In this document: positions 59,989 to 64,000 of the stretch, one piece after another | How the letters are laid out: every line of letters starts with the position of its first letter | Position numbering within the stretch: the first letter of the stretch is position 1 | From: Mobula hypostoma | Lineage: Eukaryota | Assembly (NCBI RefSeq): GCF_963921235.1 | Contig: NC_086097.1 | Span: 60,390,001 to 60,454,000 of the forward strand | Length of the DNA: 64,000 bases | Direction of reading: 5' to 3' | Program-made: the position numbers and the translations under genes | Notes under the pieces: model-generated | The model's input: only the letters and a program-made list of their open reading frames with translations | What the model was told of the DNA's origin: nothing | Database searches by the model: none

Positions 59989-61974
59989 CTATCTGCTGTG
60001 TCCGTACACAACTACATATTAATTAAATAAAAGTACCGACGTGGGAGATGGCTTTAACACTTTGCAGCGAGAAAGAGGACAACGTAGATATGTAGACAAT
60101 AGTGCATGCACAGACAACAGATCAATACGTAGTGGTAAGGGGGGTGCAGGGGTCATTGATCTAAAAGAAATAGATCCATACGTTACACTATCAAAGACTG
60201 CACCCAACAGGATGGACAAACAACCAATGTGTCAAAGAAAACAAATTGTGAAAATATAAAAGAGGGAGAAAAAATAATTGGAGCTGTGCTTGGACACACA
60301 GTCATAAGTATAAAGTGAGTAGAGCAAGGGGCTAAGCACAAAGCCTTGTGGTGCACTTGGGCTAATGGAGATTGTGGAGGAGATATTATTACCAATCTGA
60401 AATCTAGGATTTCCTCATTTAAATTTAATTAAATTGGATTTAATTTAAATCCCATTAATTTCAGCATCAGCAGGATTCCTGGATACTGTGTTTGGTCAAA
60501 AGACATGCCAGATTAAGTAGCGCTGGTAGAAATCAAGCTGAGTATGATCGAGCAGGTACATAAACAGGCACCTCTGGAGATACTCAGCAGATCAGGATCG
60601 ATCGGTGCAAGGAGAAACAGAGCTAATGTAGATTTCCAATATTTGCAGTTTTTGTTTCGATTTACATCAATGAGCAGGTTATTGGTGAGGAAGCTCTACT
60701 TCATCATTATAGTGACAGGGCTATGATGAGTGAGACCGATTAATCAATAATTAGCCAGCTTGAATTTGCAGTTCTTTTCACTGGCAGGACTTACCTGGGC
60801 AAAATTCCACATTGCTTGGTAGTTTTCACTAATGTAACTGTGCTGGAGCAGACTGACAAGAAGGATGACTAAATTCTGGAGCTGGTAAGTAATTAATTTA
60901 AAAGGAACTGTTCAAGACAGATCATCAACACTGCACTTCTGGCTCAAAATGTTTGCCAAAGTTTTATCCTTGGTTTCAGTGTTCATGTGGTGAGCACTGC
61001 CACTCTTCGACTCCAAAAAAATTATTAAAAACAAGCCGGGGTATTTACCCATATTAACATCTAATCACAGATGTTATATTCCTCTACCATGTGGTTAAAA
61101 ACACAATGGTTTTTTTAAATATTTCCACAGTTTTGTCCTAGAAGTTGTTCTACCACATTTTAATGGATGTTGAACAATGTTTTGACTCATCCTTTCATTG
61201 TCCACAATGGACTTTTAAAGATCAAAATGTTCAATTAAAAGGGTTGCACAATAAAATTGTCATGTTTCCCCATGTAGTGGCAACTTGTGTCAGCTGCAGC
61301 ACTAAGTACTTCATTTGCTTGTTACAACTTCTTGCAGCAATCATCATTAACCCATTAGGTGCCACCTTAGCAACTAGCTCTTTGGGATACTCTACAATAA
61401 AGCAGCAGTCGACTAACTACAAGGAAATGCTGCTGAATGATTGAATGCTTTATTGAAGGGAAGGTCACAAGGCCAACTTGGGGCATCTTCTTTGTACGAG
61501 AAGGCCACAAAGATTCTTTAGTGTTTCAGTCAAATGTTTCCAGCAGGAGATAGCCAAAAGGGTCTCCATTTCTAGGTAAGTACAGCCTGTTGTTAGGGGT
61601 AGTCTGTAAAGCCAAAAAAATCCTGCTCCTATAGACTGAAGCAAAATTCTTCTTGACCTGAGAATTGTGTTTGGATGACTTTCCCAATGCAGCAGTGAAC
61701 ACGGAGAAATGCTGTTTGGGGTAACCAAAGATTAGGGGACTCAATGAGGATAAACAATAAATGTAAGTTCTTTCAATAAAACAGCTTAAAGACAAGTAGA
61801 TTTAGTAAAACATAGGTTACGCAAGATAATGAGAAACTGTTTTTTAGACTTGTAAGGTCAAAATGTCACGACCTTTTTGTATTGTGCTTGAGGAAGATTT
61901 ATGTTAGTAAAGAATAGCTAATACAAACAATTGCTTCTTTCCACACCTTGTGAGGCATCAAGTGACAAGCTTAC

Positions 61975-62125
61975 TGTTTATTTATATCTGTTTTTATGCG
62001 GCTGAGTTGCTAGTTTGATGCTTGACCAAGCACGGATGGAAAGCGTACAAGGAGCCGGCTAAATTCGAACCCGCAACCACTTGTCTCGAAGTCCGGTGTG
62101 GATGCCACTACAGTACCAGCTGGCT
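61975..62125 (-). mobile_element. Short tRNA-derived SINE (tRNA-Arg(UCG)-like head)
   Basis: A-box-like TGGTACTGTAGTGG, GACTTCGAG loop, B-box GGTTCGAAT, A-rich tail. Confidence 0.7.
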
Positions 62126-62801
62126 ATGTAAACAATAGGTACACTAAAAAGCTGGGAGCTGAATATCTCAGTGCACACAAAACATTTAGAAGTGGCCACA
62201 ATATGACTCAGCGCTGGGTTAAGCCAATCTTCAACTGCACAGTGTGATTATAGTTGCAGTTGAGTTATGGGATTTTCAAGTCTTTACCATTCTATTTCAA
62301 AATCCATTCCATATATTGTTCATCAATTACATAAAGTCCATAGATATTAACATTTGCTCAGTGGCATTGCCTGTCAAAGTGATACAATACAGAAACAGGC
62401 CCTTGGGCCACCATCCTCACTGACCAATAAGCATGCATTTACACCAATGCATAGTAATCCAATTTATCACTCTCCCCAAATTCTCATGAACTTCCCCTAG
62501 ATTCTACCCATCGCCTAAACACTAGAGGCAACAGACAGTAGCCAATTAACCTACCAACGTACATCAAAAGGTCGTGATTTTATAGCCTTCTTTAGATAGT
62601 CGCTTATTTTGGGAGGGCAGCATTGTCTTTGGGAAGAACTATAATTTAAAGACATCAACCCCTCAAGCCAATGATCTGACTACCTCATTGCTATTTCTGG
62701 GAGTTGCTGTGCACTGATTGGTTGCGGAGTATAGCATGGCACACTACATAGGCACTTTGGGACACTATAGTATTATAAAAGTTAGTATCTGACCACAAAT
62801 C

Positions 62802-63308
62802 ACAAACAAGAGAAGATCTGCGGATGCTGGAAATCCGAGTAACACATGCAAAATGCTGGAGGAACTCAGCAGGCTAGTTGGCATCCATGGAAAAAAGTAC
62901 AGTCAATGTTTCGGTCTGAAACCCTTCAGCAGGACTGGAGAAAAAATGCTGAGGAGTAGATTTAAAAAGTGGGGGGGGGGGGGAGAGAAACACCAGGTCA
63001 TAGCTGAAGCCAGAAGGGGGAGGGATGAAGTAAAGAGCTGGGAAGCTGTTTAGTGAAAGACACAGAAGGCCATGGAAGAAAGAAAATGGGGGTGGAACAC
63101 CAGAAGGAGGAGTTGATGGGTGGGCAAGGAGTTAAGGTGGGAGAGGAAAAGAGGATGGGAAATGGTGAAGGGGAGAGGGTGGCATTACTGGAAATTTGAG
63201 AAATCGATGTTCATACCATTAGTTTGGAGGCTACCCAAATGGAATATAAGGTGTTGTTCCTCCAGCTCAAGTGAGGTCTCATCATGACAGTGGAGGAGGC
63301 CATGGATA
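62802..63308 (-). mobile_element. Solo Penelope terminal-repeat unit with an 11-bp flanking duplication
   Basis: Homologous to 47536-48105; gaccacaaatc at 62791-62801 and 63309-63319. Confidence 0.85.
62900..62937 (-). ncRNA. Degenerate minimal hammerhead ribozyme motif
   Basis: CAGTC-CTGCTGA-AGGGTTTCAGACC-GAAA-CATT-GACTG; perfect 5-bp stem I, CUGA changed to CUGC. Confidence 0.6.
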
Positions 63309-64000
63309 GACCACAAATCTGTTGGTATTGTTAATTTTTGCTCTGCAGTGTTTCTGGGCAAGTTTAAAATCAGATCTACTGTAGTACAATGTTATCTTTC
63401 AGCATCAACTTCTTTCAACTGTAAATGTAAATACAGGGTCATCTTTGTTTTAGATGTGCAGTACTTATCAATATTAATCATCAATTTCATTTAATATCTG
63501 AGGAGTCTCTGCTAAGCTCTTCTGATTTAACATTATTTGCAAATTTAAAGTTGCTACAGTGAGTTTCTGAATCAAAATCAATGATTTAATTGAGAAACAT
63601 TATTGACCCCCATACTGAGTGCTCTAAAACCACCCTCAGCACTTTGCCCTAGCCTATCTTACAGTGATAAAGTGTGTTTAATGACAGGTTGGTACTTTCC
63701 ATCCTGTTGTTTTGCTTACTATTTTCAAGACTGATTTCCCATGGTCAAGGGTTTAATTAATGACCCCTAGGAAATCAAGGTGTGGTAGCCTTGATGTGGT
63801 ACTTCGGTTGTTACTGCCTTTAAGATTTCAAGACAAGAAAACATCTTATTCTCTAAATCCAGGCCAACTTCTCTTTAATGGGTTTACTATTAACTGGAAC
63901 TTATCCATGGCAGAAACAAAAACATGCATCTATTACTGACAGGGTTGACTTTTTAAATTCATTCCTAGCTGACTTCCTCTTACAACTCTTCATAAACATG

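Noticed and set aside
60418..60453. AT-rich quasi-palindrome
   Set aside because: Low complexity; expected by chance
61530..61575. Plus-strand 46-bp micro-exon candidate with TAG|GTAAGT donor
   Set aside because: Not frame-preserving, peptide unrecognised, no supporting neighbouring exons
62050..62125. Possible tRNA-Arg gene
   Set aside because: Stems pair poorly and it continues into a SINE body and A-rich tail

Overview
AT-rich vertebrate nuclear DNA dominated by nested transposable elements. The repeat mix (CR1 with esterase ORF1, Rex1/Babar, V-SINE, Penelope-like) suggests a cartilaginous fish; that is an inference. No host protein-coding gene can be identified with confidence, so the window is probably intronic or intergenic. 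The most striking feature is a very young 5.0-kb Gypsy LTR element of Gmr1-type domain order (49916-54944, minus strand). Its LTRs are identical by eye except for a 2-bp indel, it has a CATT target-site duplication (TSD), and its single uninterrupted 965-aa ORF keeps intact Gag and protease followed by in-frame, catalytically dead integrase and RT fragments (YIDD appears as CIGN). It sits inside a Penelope-like element whose terminal repeats carry degenerate minimal hammerhead-ribozyme motifs. Also present: a tRNA-headed SINE with a Bov-A-like body carrying a template-switch inverted duplication, many CR1, RTE and Rex1/Babar fragments, and a Tc1 remnant. All family assignments come from motif recognition by eye, and boundaries of degraded copies are approximate.
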